Below, one piece after another: positions 9,466-19,525 of a stretch of DNA of 64,000 nucleotides. How positions within the stretch are numbered: the first letter of the stretch is position 1; the number at the start of each line of letters is the position of its first letter. The stretch is from Candidatus Aenigmatarchaeota archaeon (GTDB lineage Archaea; Aenigmatarchaeota; Aenigmatarchaeia; QMZP01). Location: positions 41,995-105,994 of the forward strand of contig JBDRSV010000010.1 in the NCBI GenBank assembly GCA_043824495.1, written 5' to 3'. Position numbers and translations under genes: made by a program. The notes under the pieces were generated by a model. It searched no databases. It saw nothing but the letters and a program-made list of their open reading frames with translations, and was not told where the DNA came from.

Positions 9466-11616
9466 ATGGATCCTGTCAATAAAGTTCTAGAACTTTCTGG
9501 TTATGAAAAATTGAATCCCGCACAAGAACTAGCTGTTAAAATGGGTTTAGTTGGAGATAAAAATTTAGTAGTGGCGGCTCCAACAGCTTCTGGTAAAACT
9601 CTGATGGCTGAAATAGCTGCTTTAGATACAATACAAAAAGGTGGAAAGGTTATTTACATTGTTCCTTTGAAAGCTCTGGCAAGTGAAAAATATGAAGATT
9701 TCAAAAAGAAATATGAACCTCTAGGAACAATGGTTGGAATGAGTATAGGAGATTCAGATTCTTCAGATACTTGGTTAGCTAAATATGATCTAATAATTGT
9801 TACAAGTGAGAAACTAGATTCTTTACTAAGACATGGAATTTCTTGGTTAGATCAGGTAAAGCTAGTTGTAGTAGATGAAGTTCATCTACTAAATGATCCA
9901 TCAAGAGGTCCAACACTAGAAATGGTTTTGACAAGATTGAGAAAATTTATAAACCCGCGTATATTGGCCCTGTCTGCAACAATAAATAATTACAAAGAGT
10001 TAGCAGATTGGTTAGATGCTGAAACAGTCAAGTCAGATTATAGACCTGTCCAGTTGTATAGAGGTATCTCTTTTGAGAAGAAAATTACTTTTATTCCTCA
10101 AAGAGTTGTTGAGATCACAGCTAAAAATGATTTAGAATTCATAGTTGAAGATACTCTAAAAAAGAAGAAACAAGTTCTGTTCTTCGTTTCAACTAGAAGA
10201 AGTACAGAAGCTCTAGCAGAAAACTTAGGAAAATTTTTACAACCTAAAATTAAACCAGATGAATTAGAAAAACTATCGGAAATTGCAAATAAAGTTTTGA
10301 AAGCAGTGGAGAGTCACACAAAACAATGTGATCGTCTTGCAAGATGTATAGTAACGGGAACAGCTTTTCATCATGCAGGTTTAGTTAGTAAACAAAGAAA
10401 ATTAATTGAAGAAGCATTCAAAACAGGTCTGATAAAAGTTCTAACAGCTACACCAACTTTAGCAGCTGGAATAAACTTACCAGCTTATAGAGTTGTAATT
10501 CGCGATCTCAAAAGATTTAATTCAATTAGGGGAACTGATTACTTACCAAACTTAGAAGTTGAACAAATGGGTGGACGTGCAGGAAGACCAGCTTATGATA
10601 CAGAAGGAGAAGCCATTATTATAGCAAAAAATATGGCAGATGCTCAATATGCTTGGGAGAATTACATAAATGGGGAACCAGAGAAAATCTACTCAAAACT
10701 TGGAGTAGAACCAGTACTCCGCACACATGTTTTAGCTTTGATAGCTTCTGGTACAACTCCATCTAAACCAGCATTATTCGATTTCTTTTCCAAAACTTTC
10801 TATGCTCATCAGTATCAAGATTTGACACAACTAAACTTCAACTTAGAAAAAGTTCTAACTATGTTAGAGAAGTTCAAGTTCATAGAAATGACAAATTCTG
10901 TATCAGATACGATGCCTAACAGTGAGTTCAAACCAGCTAGTCTAATAGACGATGACATAAAACTTAATGCAACAAAAATTGGAAGAAGAGTTTCTGAATT
11001 ATATATAGATCCAATAACTGCAAATAATATAACATCTTCTTTGACTAAGATGACTCCTACTCACATAGCTATCCTACAAACCATATGCGATTGTCTAGAA
11101 ATGAAACCTTTACTAAATATGAGAAAAGGTGATGCAGAAGAAATAAACGAATTCTTGATAGAGCATCAGGATGATTTTGTAAAGAAACCACCAAATGAAT
11201 GGGAAATAGAATATGATGAATATTTCAGATTAGCTAAAACTGTTTCCATGTTTAAATCCTGGACAGAAGAAGATGGAGAAAATAAACTTCTAGATAAATT
11301 CAACATAGCTCCTGGAGAGCTGCGTGTTAGACTAGAAAACGCAGACTGGCTTCTTTATTCAACACAAGAACTAGCTCTACTCATGGGTTTAATGGACACG
11401 ATTAAATATATAAGAAAAACAAGATTGAGAGTAAAACACGGCATAAGAGAAGAACTTTTGCCACTCATAAAAATCAAAGGTATAGGACGAAAAAGAGCAA
11501 GAAAATTATACGGCTCTCAAATCAAATCAGTTTTAGATCTTAGAAAAGTCCCGCTAGAAACTCTATCGCGCCTAGTCGGTCCAAAAACAGCGAGTGAAAT
11601 AAAGAGACAAGTTTAA
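9466..11616 (+). CDS. hel308: Ski2-like DNA helicase Hel308
   Basis: APTASGKT, DEVH, LSAT, FHHAGL, QMGGRAGRP motifs and a C-terminal HhH (IKGIGRKRAR). Confidence 0.93.
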   Translation: MDPVNKVLELSGYEKLNPAQELAVKMGLVGDKNLVVAAPTASGKTLMAEIAALDTIQKGGKVIYIVPLKALASEKYEDFKKKYEPLGTMVGMSIGDSDSSDTWLAKYDLIIVTSEKLDSLLRHGISWLDQVKLVVVDEVHLLNDPSRGPTLEMVLTRLRKFINPRILALSATINNYKELADWLDAETVKSDYRPVQLYRGISFEKKITFIPQRVVEITAKNDLEFIVEDTLKKKKQVLFFVSTRRSTEALAENLGKFLQPKIKPDELEKLSEIANKVLKAVESHTKQCDRLARCIVTGTAFHHAGLVSKQRKLIEEAFKTGLIKVLTATPTLAAGINLPAYRVVIRDLKRFNSIRGTDYLPNLEVEQMGGRAGRPAYDTEGEAIIIAKNMADAQYAWENYINGEPEKIYSKLGVEPVLRTHVLALIASGTTPSKPALFDFFSKTFYAHQYQDLTQLNFNLEKVLTMLEKFKFIEMTNSVSDTMPNSEFKPASLIDDDIKLNATKIGRRVSELYIDPITANNITSSLTKMTPTHIAILQTICDCLEMKPLLNMRKGDAEEINEFLIEHQDDFVKKPPNEWEIEYDEYFRLAKTVSMFKSWTEEDGENKLLDKFNIAPGELRVRLENADWLLYSTQELALLMGLMDTIKYIRKTRLRVKHGIREELLPLIKIKGIGRKRARKLYGSQIKSVLDLRKVPLETLSRLVGPKTASEIKRQV

Positions 11617-12299
11617 TTTATTTTCCTGTGTTTTTCGCTCCACTGCGTATATTTTTTCCAGAACCCTGCAGCTTGTCCTGTTACACTGACTTTTCCTATT
11701 TTTCCATATTTTGCATAAGATGTTATTAAGCCACGAAGTCTTGTCTGAGTCGCTTCAAATTGTGCGTTAGCTCCCCTTCTAGCTTCAGTCCCTTTGGGAT
11801 TTCCTTTTATTTCATTATAATCATGTTCAAGTTGCATAAAAGCATCTTCTATTTCTTTTCGCATATCTTTCTGATCGTGTGTAAATACTTCAGTTAATTG
11901 GCCCTTTGCAAATTGACCAATTGCCCCTCCACCTACGCCAGGCATACCACCAGAGGATCTACCTCCTCCCATAAATTTTTTGAAGAAGACGTATGTACCG
12001 AATATTATGATTACTGCTATATACCAGAATTGGCTTATCGTTAGTATAATTGAATACCAATTTGAAAGAACAATGAACATGTAGAAAGCTATTGCTAAAA
12101 TGAGTCTGATTCCTTTGTTTGTGAAGCTTCCTATGGCATCGCTCAGTATGAATATGAAAAGTATAATGAAAACTGTGGGAAAGAAGAAGAAAAAGAATAA
12201 CTGATACAACTCATTTGGTTGTTGTTGTATAAACTGAGTACACGTAGAAACTGTGTTCCCTTGGCATAATAGGTTAACAAGTACATCAATTATAGCCAT
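11613..12299 (-). CDS. Hypothetical membrane protein
   Basis: Three TM helices, a Gly-rich linker and a helical C-terminus. Confidence 0.6.
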   Translation of the reverse strand: MAIIDVLVNLLCQGNTVSTCTQFIQQQPNELYQLFFFFFFPTVFIILFIFILSDAIGSFTNKGIRLILAIAFYMFIVLSNWYSIILTISQFWYIAVIIIFGTYVFFKKFMGGGRSSGGMPGVGGGAIGQFAKGQLTEVFTHDQKDMRKEIEDAFMQLEHDYNEIKGNPKGTEARRGANAQFEATQTRLRGLITSYAKYGKIGKVSVTGQAAGFWKKYTQWSEKHRKIN

Positions 12300-12342
12300 A
12301 TAATAGTTTTGGTTAAGAACGCTTATATTTGGATTATGAAAC

Positions 12343-13260
12343 TCAAGCTGCTTGGCTTGCAGGAGTAATATCTATTGTTTCTGCTTCTTGAGTTCTATAT
12401 CCTCTCAGTTCTGTTAAGTCGAATGTAAGTGGTGTTGATGTTCTAGGGTTAAACAAGCTCCTTCTAATACCCGCAATCATTTTATATTCTTCCTTTGTCA
12501 AATATTGCCTGAATGCAGGAGGCGACTTAGCTATTAATTGTTCTTGTATTGTATCGAAAGGTGCGTCTATAATATCGTATATCTTGTCACCGATAGCCCA
12601 GTACCAGAAAGAGTTCCATTTATCTGGTAAACTATATTCTCTTACAGTAAAGTCACCACCTTCAGCAGAAACTTTTCTCTCTTTCATTTCTCCGTATTGT
12701 TGCATTCTCCACATATCATCTTTTATAAACCATCCTCTAAATCTAAGAGGCTCAGGGAAAAGTTTTTCATTTTCAATATCACCTCTTGTAAATTTAGGAG
12801 CAGCAACAGCACCAAATTCTGAATCATAGAAATTCTCTACTTTAGCTCTTTGATCATAAGGAGATACATCAGTATCTCTTACAACCTTAATGTTATCTGC
12901 AAGCATGCTATCAGTTGGTCTTGGATCATTTGAATCTCTGAGATAAATAGGAAGTTCATGACCTTTATGAACCACAGTATACATGGTCTCTAAATTTGTC
13001 GGATTGTTAAAAAATCCTCTATAAGCACTGAGTTTAGGGAAGGTTTTGTTAAATCCTGTAAGTGCTCTCTGAAAATATTGTTCTTCAATCCAGTCTAGAC
13101 CAGCATGAAGAGCCTTATCAAATTTGCTTATTCTTTCTTCTGGAGGCTTGGAAAAACCTTTCGCTGCTATATGAATAGCATAATGGAACGGAACTTGCCA
13201 ACCGCCATCATCAAATAATTCTTTTGTATCAACCAAAGGATATTTTTTTAGTTCTATCAT
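12343..13260 (-). CDS. Hypothetical protein
   Basis: Long ORF; the likely start is MIELKK at 13260, immediately after the upstream stop and with GGAGG upstream (track start 13356 overlaps the neighbouring gene). Confidence 0.6.
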   Translation of the reverse strand: MIELKKYPLVDTKELFDDGGWQVPFHYAIHIAAKGFSKPPEERISKFDKALHAGLDWIEEQYFQRALTGFNKTFPKLSAYRGFFNNPTNLETMYTVVHKGHELPIYLRDSNDPRPTDSMLADNIKVVRDTDVSPYDQRAKVENFYDSEFGAVAAPKFTRGDIENEKLFPEPLRFRGWFIKDDMWRMQQYGEMKERKVSAEGGDFTVREYSLPDKWNSFWYWAIGDKIYDIIDAPFDTIQEQLIAKSPPAFRQYLTKEEYKMIAGIRRSLFNPRTSTPLTFDLTELRGYRTQEAETIDITPASQAA

Positions 13261-13261
13261 T

Positions 13262-13819
13262 TTAATCAACCTCCGCAAAAGCATAAGCATGATCAGGTAT
13301 ATCATCTTCGAGTATTGATTTTGCATAATTTTTGATGTCATTCCATAGTGTACCATATTTCTTTGCTGCGTCTCTTACGTTGTCCTTTATTTTGAAATAT
13401 CCATCAACTGCTTTACTGAAACCACCACCGTTTCCATATCTCATGTCATGTAAAGCTAGTCCTGTGAGATAACTCATTAAGCTATCACCTTCTATTCCTC
13501 TATCTGCATTATACTTCAATTCTTTCATATATGCCGCTTCTAAAGGAATTTCTGCTTTGTCTGTTTCTGGTCTTCCATACCATTCAACTTGAAGCTCATG
13601 ACCAAGTAAATATGATTGTATACCTTTAGCTACACTTGCTAGGAATGTATCTCCGCTGTTTTTAGCAGTTTGATAAGCTCCTGAAAAATCTGGTATCTTA
13701 ATTACACCATCGTTGAATCTAGCTTCAGCTAGTCTGTCTTTGTTTATCCTGTTCCCCGAAACCATTTGAATTTCAGGCTCTTCGTATAGTTCATTTTGTC
13801 TGCTCATATCACTCGCCAT
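13262..13819 (-). CDS. Hypothetical protein
   Basis: 185-aa ORF, first gene of a three-gene minus-strand cluster. Confidence 0.6.
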   Translation of the reverse strand: MASDMSRQNELYEEPEIQMVSGNRINKDRLAEARFNDGVIKIPDFSGAYQTAKNSGDTFLASVAKGIQSYLLGHELQVEWYGRPETDKAEIPLEAAYMKELKYNADRGIEGDSLMSYLTGLALHDMRYGNGGGFSKAVDGYFKIKDNVRDAAKKYGTLWNDIKNYAKSILEDDIPDHAYAFAEVD

Positions 13820-13959
13820 AATTTCCGCTTAACTTGTAGTTTTTAATAGTCTAAGTGCTGCAATTAGTTGTCACTGATAAATAGTTACAATAAGGGTATT
13901 TAAAGCTTTCTGATGGTCTATATATAGCGCTTTTGGACCAAAAATAGCTCATTTTTGGC

Positions 13960-14529
13960 TTATTTTTGCCTTTTTTTCACATGTTTCCAAATAAAGAAGG
14001 TAATTAAGAATCCTAGAGCAGAACCAGCAACAACGTCGCTTATTGTGTGAACTCCTAATATAACTCTAGACGCAGCTACTAGCGCTGGTATTATGAATAG
14101 AGGAATTAGCTTCTTTCTCCTAGAAGCTAGTATTACAGAAGTGAATATGACAAAAGCTATTGTAGAATGTCCTGAAGGGAACGAGTAATCCTCAGTACAG
14201 AAAGGATTACATGCGCTTATAGTTTCTGTTAAACATGGAGTGCATGGTCTTGGAATCTCAGTTATGGCCTTAATACCACCCACAGCAATATACGCGATGA
14301 GGAGACTTGCTACTAAAACTATTACAAATTTCTTGAAATTCTTCTTTCTTTTCTGTAGTTTCTGGTTCTTGAATACAGTGTCCAGAGAGATCAAAAAGAA
14401 GAATATGAATACCCCTATCAATACGGTCCATATATAGGGATCTCCTATCAATGTAATAATATACCATGGATTACCAATCATAATTATACTTCCTTTGGGA
14501 ACAATAAAAATTAAGCATTTGCTTACCAA
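13960..14529 (-). CDS. PAP2-family phosphatase
   Basis: K..TEIPRP, SFPSGHS and SRVILGVHTISDVVAG motifs; membrane helices. The true start is probably downstream of 14529. Confidence 0.9.
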   Translation of the reverse strand: MVSKCLIFIVPKGSIIMIGNPWYIITLIGDPYIWTVLIGVFIFFFLISLDTVFKNQKLQKRKKNFKKFVIVLVASLLIAYIAVGGIKAITEIPRPCTPCLTETISACNPFCTEDYSFPSGHSTIAFVIFTSVILASRRKKLIPLFIIPALVAASRVILGVHTISDVVAGSALGFLITFFIWKHVKKRQK

Positions 14530-14538
14530 TAGAATGTT

Positions 14539-15573
14539 ATGTATGAAGATAAGCCAATAATCAAGAATTCAGAAGTCTTTACAGACGAATTTCTCCCAAA
14601 CACAATTAACCATAGAGATGGGCAAATGAAAGCAGTGAGAGATGATCTAAATCCACTTCTAAATAATAAACCAGGAAGAAGCGTGTTCATTTTCGGTGCT
14701 CCAGGGACAGGAAAGACTTCAACATCTAAATACATAATAAATGAGCTAGCTTCACAGTCTGTTTTTACAAGTTACATAAATTGTTGGAATACGAGTTCAA
14801 GATTCAAAATATTATACACAATTCTTCAGAATTTTGGAGAATCTCTGTCTATACACACAAAAGGAACTCCAACGCATGATCTTTTAGAATTACTTAAGAA
14901 AAAAGTCCAAGAAAAACAAGCAGTGATAATCTTAGATGAAGTGGATCAATTAGAAGATGATAAAATTTTGTATGATTTAATTATGATAGCAAATGTTAGT
15001 GTAATTCTAATAGCTAATTCAGAAACAGCATTACATGACAATGATCCTAGAATAAGAAGTAGATTAGCGTCTGCAGATACAATAGAATTTCCTAAATACA
15101 AGTCAGATGAAATAACAGAGATACTCAAAGAAAGAGCAGAACTAGGTCTAGTTCCTGGTGTTGTGAAAAATGCACAACTAGAGAAAATAGCAGAGAGATC
15201 TTTAGGTGATTCTAGAATTGCAATTAATATTCTTAAAATAGCTTCGGAAGAAGCTGAGAAAAAAGATGAAGGAAAAATAACCGATGATGACGTAGAGAAA
15301 GCTTCTCCAAAAGCGATAGAACAAGGAAAGAAAAAGAGTATAGAAACATTGAATGATCACCAGAAATTGATATACTCTGTAATTAGTATGGGTGTCAAAA
15401 CAGAACCTTCTGAACTATACACAAAATATCAAGAAGAGTGTAAAAGAAAAGATATAGAACCTGTGAAAGACAGAACAATCAGAAAATATTTAGACAAAAT
15501 GATACAATATAAGTTAATTCTAGCTGAAGGCGAAGCTCGTTGGAGAACTTATTCTATCCAGAAAGCGCAATAA
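14539..15573 (+). CDS. cdc6: Orc1/Cdc6 family AAA+ initiator
   Basis: GAPGTGKT, YINC, LDEVD and RIRSRL motifs; C-terminal winged helix. Confidence 0.92.
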   Translation: MYEDKPIIKNSEVFTDEFLPNTINHRDGQMKAVRDDLNPLLNNKPGRSVFIFGAPGTGKTSTSKYIINELASQSVFTSYINCWNTSSRFKILYTILQNFGESLSIHTKGTPTHDLLELLKKKVQEKQAVIILDEVDQLEDDKILYDLIMIANVSVILIANSETALHDNDPRIRSRLASADTIEFPKYKSDEITEILKERAELGLVPGVVKNAQLEKIAERSLGDSRIAINILKIASEEAEKKDEGKITDDDVEKASPKAIEQGKKKSIETLNDHQKLIYSVISMGVKTEPSELYTKYQEECKRKDIEPVKDRTIRKYLDKMIQYKLILAEGEARWRTYSIQKAQ

Positions 15574-15616
15574 ACTCTTATTGGCACGAGTATCTAAACC
15601 ACATCAATAGAGCTTA

Positions 15617-16429
15617 TTGGCATACTGGCATACTGGCACGGTCCTAGGATCCAGTTTATATCTGATGAAAATCTACTCTAAAGTGATCCCTATGCGTCTA
15701 GTACCCCAACTCTTAGATAAAATCGAACCCTTCGTTGATGAATTTAGGCAGTGGCCTAAAGGAGACATTCCTTCTTCCAAAGAAGGTAAGTGGCTTCAAG
15801 TTCAAATGTCTCAATTCACACCACCTTTTGTCATTGAGAAGAATTATGAAAATAGTTTCATATCTTCTTCACATGTGGTAGATACAGAATTACTTGATGC
15901 TACCTTGAAGAGAAAAACAAATCTTCTCTCCAAGCAAGAAATAAGAATACTTATTGGTTCAACAAAAAACTTGAAACATAAAATATTATTACAACTATTG
16001 TATGGTTGTGGTCTTCAGATATTCGAAGCTATTGAGCTAAAGATAGATGACATCAACCTGAAAGAGTGTAGAGTCAACGTAGGAACGAGAACAGTTCCTT
16101 TATCAACAAAAATGGTTCCACAACTGGAATTCTTGTTTAGATACACACAAAAACCAGATAATAATCACCTGTTTCCCAACTGGAACGGAGGTCACGTAAC
16201 ACCAGAAGATGCAGAACAGATCGTGAAATATGCATTCGCTGCTGCTGGGTTGAGACCAGTTTCCCCACACGCTCTTAGACACAGCTTTGCTTCACACCTC
16301 CTCGAATACGGCGTCAGAATAGGAATAATACAAACACTTCTAGGAAATTATGATGCAACAAAAATGAGACACATGAAAATTTCAGAAGAAATGATCAAGA
16401 ACGTGAAGAGTCCTCTGGATAAACTTTAA
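15617..16429 (+). CDS. Catalytically degenerate tyrosine recombinase paralog
   Basis: YGCGLQIFE (R to Q), GKGxKDR hairpin missing, HALRH kept, LLGNY (H to N), no nucleophile Tyr, ends KSPLD. Likely start ATG 15665. Confidence 0.8.
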   Translation: MAYWHTGTVLGSSLYLMKIYSKVIPMRLVPQLLDKIEPFVDEFRQWPKGDIPSSKEGKWLQVQMSQFTPPFVIEKNYENSFISSSHVVDTELLDATLKRKTNLLSKQEIRILIGSTKNLKHKILLQLLYGCGLQIFEAIELKIDDINLKECRVNVGTRTVPLSTKMVPQLEFLFRYTQKPDNNHLFPNWNGGHVTPEDAEQIVKYAFAAAGLRPVSPHALRHSFASHLLEYGVRIGIIQTLLGNYDATKMRHMKISEEMIKNVKSPLDKL

Positions 16430-16436
16430 TTTTCAT

Positions 16437-16655
16437 ATGAGTCACAAAATCATAAGATATAGCAAACATACCATTAGAAGAAAATTAGAAAGAAACATTT
16501 CAGAAGAAGAGATAGAAGAAACAATCAGAAACCCTAATTATGTTTTATCTTCATTTGAAGAAAGAAAAATAGCTGTTAAACAAATAGCAGAAAGAACTAT
16601 TCATGTAATCTACAATGAGGAAAAAACCCATATAAATATAATAACCGTATATTAA
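16437..16655 (+). CDS. DUF4258-like putative toxin
   Basis: YSKH...ERNISEEEIEETIRNP...HVIY...IITVY pattern. Confidence 0.75.
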   Translation: MSHKIIRYSKHTIRRKLERNISEEEIEETIRNPNYVLSSFEERKIAVKQIAERTIHVIYNEEKTHINIITVY

Positions 16656-16662
16656 ATGTAAT

Positions 16663-16869
16663 ATGAAAATGACATATGACAAAGAGGTGGATGCAGCATA
16701 CATTTACCTAAAAGACACAATAAAAAAAGGCGAAGTAAAAAGCACACAAACCATGAACGAAAACATCATCCTAGACTTCGACAAAGATAAAAAACTCATC
16801 GGAATCGAAATTCTTTCTGCAAGTAAAGTAATACCCAAAAAGTCAGTAAAAGCACTACAAACAGCCTAG
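16663..16869 (+). CDS. DUF2283-like putative antitoxin
   Basis: TYDKEVDAAYIYL...ILDFDKDKKLIGIEIL pattern. Confidence 0.85.
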   Translation: MKMTYDKEVDAAYIYLKDTIKKGEVKSTQTMNENIILDFDKDKKLIGIEILSASKVIPKKSVKALQTA

Positions 16870-16889
16870 TTTCTTTCTCACACGATAAT

Positions 16890-17726
16890 ATGAAAGAACT
16901 CTTAATACGCTTGGAAAATGAACTAAAATCTCGCGGCTTCAGCAGAAAGACCGTAAAATCCTATTTATTTCACGTTTCAACTTTCTTGCGTCACATATCA
17001 ACAGATTCCACACAAGAAGAGATACAAAGATATTTCATACAATTAGCAGAAAACGCAGATCCCAGAACAGTTAATCTGCGCATAAGCGCAGTTAAATTCT
17101 TTTACAAGAACATCCTACACAGAAACCTCTACATAAACTACATGAAGAGACCCAGAAAAATACCTGAAGTTTTAACTGTACAAGAAGTCATGTATATGAT
17201 ATCGTCCACGACTAACCCAAAACACAGAACTATAATTGAAATGTTATACGGCTGTGGACTCCGGGTATCAGAAATAACTAAAATAAAAAAATCTGACATA
17301 AACATTCCAGAAAGAATAATATTCATAAGACAAGGAAAGGGAATGAAAGACAGAATTGTTCCTCTTCCTCTTACACTAAAAGAGATTGTATATAATTTCA
17401 GTGTAGACGACTGTCCATATGTTTTCCAATCAGAAAGAGGAGGAAAGCTAACGGAAAAAACAATACAGGTGATAGTGAAAAATGCAGCCAAGAAAGCCGA
17501 AATAAAAAAGCGCGTATCTCCACATACTCTCCGTCACAGCTATGCAACCCATCTCCTCGAATCAGGAACAGATATTCGTATAATTCAACGTCTTCTAGGT
17601 CATTCCTCGGTCAAAACCACAGAACTCTATACTCATGTTTCAAGAGCTCTTCTGAAAAACATAAAAAGTCCTCTAGACTTCGTAAAAACATTCAATATAG
17701 AACATTCTAATCCAAACAATGCGTAG
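16890..17726 (+). CDS. Intact tyrosine recombinase (Xer/IntI-related, SAM-like N-domain, no IntI-specific insertion)
   Basis: RGFSRKTVKSY; YGCGLRVSE; GKGMKDR; HTLRHSYATHLLESGTDIRIIQRLLGHSSVKTTELYTH; KSPLD. The full R-K-H-R-H-Y set is present. Confidence 0.95.
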   Translation: MKELLIRLENELKSRGFSRKTVKSYLFHVSTFLRHISTDSTQEEIQRYFIQLAENADPRTVNLRISAVKFFYKNILHRNLYINYMKRPRKIPEVLTVQEVMYMISSTTNPKHRTIIEMLYGCGLRVSEITKIKKSDINIPERIIFIRQGKGMKDRIVPLPLTLKEIVYNFSVDDCPYVFQSERGGKLTEKTIQVIVKNAAKKAEIKKRVSPHTLRHSYATHLLESGTDIRIIQRLLGHSSVKTTELYTHVSRALLKNIKSPLDFVKTFNIEHSNPNNA

Positions 17727-17741
17727 AAACACTAGTTATAA
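17715..17741 (+). other. Putative attI-like primary recombination site (crossover G17735|TTATAA)
   Basis: GTTATAA lies 8 nt after the integrase stop. It starts a repeat also found at the array end and is the exact complement of the first downstream R'' (TTATAAC, 19693). Confidence 0.45.
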
Positions 17742-17798
17742 GAAATCGTTGGTCTTGATTGGTTAAAGGAGATCGCCGCCATTTGGCTTCGCCAAAGA
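17735..17798 (+). repeat. Direct repeat copy 1 (64 bp)
   Basis: GTTATAAGAAATCGTTGG[TCTTGATTGG]TTAAAGGAGATCGCCGCCATTTGGCTTCGCCAAAGA; identical to 21584-21637 except for the bracketed 10 nt. Confidence 0.95.
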
Positions 17799-17929
17799 TA
17801 GCCTGCCTTCGGCAGTATATAGAAAGGGTATTCTTTGTTTTCGAGGACATAGGGAAGTAGTACTCATAAATGGGCATAATAAAGATTAAAAATAACACAA
17901 CACCTATATACTACTAAGGGATTGATAAT

Positions 17930-18851
17930 ATGAATCAAATAGAAATTAATAGAGAAAATCTTGAAAAGAGACTTAAGCAAGTAGGGCTTAGTTCAGATAT
18001 ATACAGCGTCAAACCAAAAAAATTTATTAGAATTAATACGAGACATCCAGTGAAAATAAGAGAATTACAGGAAAGACTTAATAGAAATTATGGAATCGAA
18101 GTAGAATTTATAGAAACATGTATTGAGGAAATTTATGAATCAACAAACTCGGATATTGGAGGGTGGATTAGTGGTAAAAAGAACGAATTCTTTAATAAAA
18201 ATTATTTTATTCAAGATTTAGCAAGCGTTATTTGTGTTAAAGAACTTGATTTAAAAGAGGGTCAATCTCTTCTTGAAACATGTGCAGCGAGAGGTTTCAA
18301 GTCTATTCTGGCTCATGATTTAACACATGGAAAATTAAGAATAACAGCATTAGATATAGATCCTAAAAAAATATCAAATAATGATGGGATTCTTTAAAAA
18401 ATTTGGAATAAATGCAGAAACCCGATTAATGGATTCCACAAAATTTCAAGGTCAAAAATACGATAGAGTACTGGTTGATGCTCCTTGTTCTGGTGAAGGT
18501 GTGACTGTGGTGTATGATGAGAAATTGAGAAGAGATGTTAGTGGATTTGATAATGTTGTGCAATATTCACAAGAAGATGTTGAAAGATTTTCAGAATTAC
18601 AAGGAAAACTTTTACAAAGCGGTTTTGACCACTTAAAGAAGAGTGGAATCCTAAATTACGCCACCTGTACCTTGAATAAGATTGAAAATGAAAGCGTAAT
18701 CCACGAATTTCTTCAAAGAAACGGCGATGCTTCAGTTGTTAACTCTAATATTGATAAATATGGTATCAAGCACAAGGTTTCTAATCTAGGGGTAAGAATC
18801 TTGCCTGGAAAAACTAAGGGCTTTTACTTTACAAAAATTATAAGGAGATAA
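17930..18851 (+). pseudogene. RsmB/NOP2-family m5C methyltransferase split by a +1 frameshift in an A7 run
   Basis: ORF1 has ETCAARGFKS and ALDID; ORF2 has VLVDAPCSGEG and YATCTLNKIENE. Removing one A from 18365-18371 gives DPKKYQIMMGFFKKF and fuses the ORFs. Confidence 0.85.
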
Positions 18852-18883
18852 TCTTCAAAAGAAGACAAAGAATCTATCACCGA

Positions 18884-19216
18884 TTACCTTGTCCTAAAAC
18901 CAAACCTTTTTTCATAATTCTTGTGGTCTAGCCATTCTAGAATAATTGCGATGACTTCAATCTTGTCCCTTCCAAGAGAGTATAATAATCTCCACCCATT
19001 TGGTAAATCATACTTCCAGAGATTGTCTATTCCATATTTCTTGATATATTCCTTTGGAATCAGTTTTTGTTTTATATGAATGAAAGCATTCGGATTCTTC
19101 TCAATTTCCTTAAAGGCGTTGCTTATACTATCATATAACCATTTCTCTCCAGGAGAATCCTTAAGATTGTCATACGCCTTCTTCACATTTTCGTCTGCGA
19201 AAACTAATCGTGTCAT
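18884..19216 (-). CDS. RelE/ParE-like putative toxin
   Basis: LWKYDLPNGWRLLYSL and DHKNYEKRFG; overlaps the upstream gene (ATGA). Confidence 0.7.
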   Translation of the reverse strand: MTRLVFADENVKKAYDNLKDSPGEKWLYDSISNAFKEIEKNPNAFIHIKQKLIPKEYIKKYGIDNLWKYDLPNGWRLLYSLGRDKIEVIAIILEWLDHKNYEKRFGFRTR

Positions 19217-19491
19217 TTAATCAACAGATGTGGTTTACTCATGTACTTCTTTACAAGTTCTGGATTCCAAATCCAAACTACATGTCCTTCTTTGTCTGTG
19301 ACAATCTTACCTGAATCCATAAGGTAATCGAAAACTACACAGAATGTTTGGTACATCATTTTCTTTGGGAGATGTTCCCAAAGCTGCCTTTTCTTGTACT
19401 CTCCACTGTTATTTTTGATAAACTTCTCTACCATAAGTACAGTATCCAACTGTGGATAATGCAAAATTCCTTTCTCCATTAATTGTGGCAT
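19213..19491 (-). CDS. Small wHTH-like putative antitoxin/regulator
   Basis: 92 aa, translationally coupled to the toxin-like gene; preceded by a GGTGA RBS and a palindrome. Confidence 0.55.
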   Translation of the reverse strand: MPQLMEKGILHYPQLDTVLMVEKFIKNNSGEYKKRQLWEHLPKKMMYQTFCVVFDYLMDSGKIVTDKEGHVVWIWNPELVKKYMSKPHLLIK

Positions 19492-19499
19492 AAAATCAC

Positions 19500-19525
19500 C
19501 TTGTTATATATATTTATATAACAAG
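19500..19525. promoter_or_regulatory. Perfect inverted repeat, candidate TA operator
   Basis: CTTGTTATATA-TATT-TATATAACAAG (11-bp arms) directly upstream of the 19491 start. Confidence 0.6.

Noticed and set aside
14400-15620. Replication origin next to cdc6
   Set aside because: No ORB-like repeats with G-strings and no sizeable AT-rich intergenic region; the upstream gap is only a few bases.
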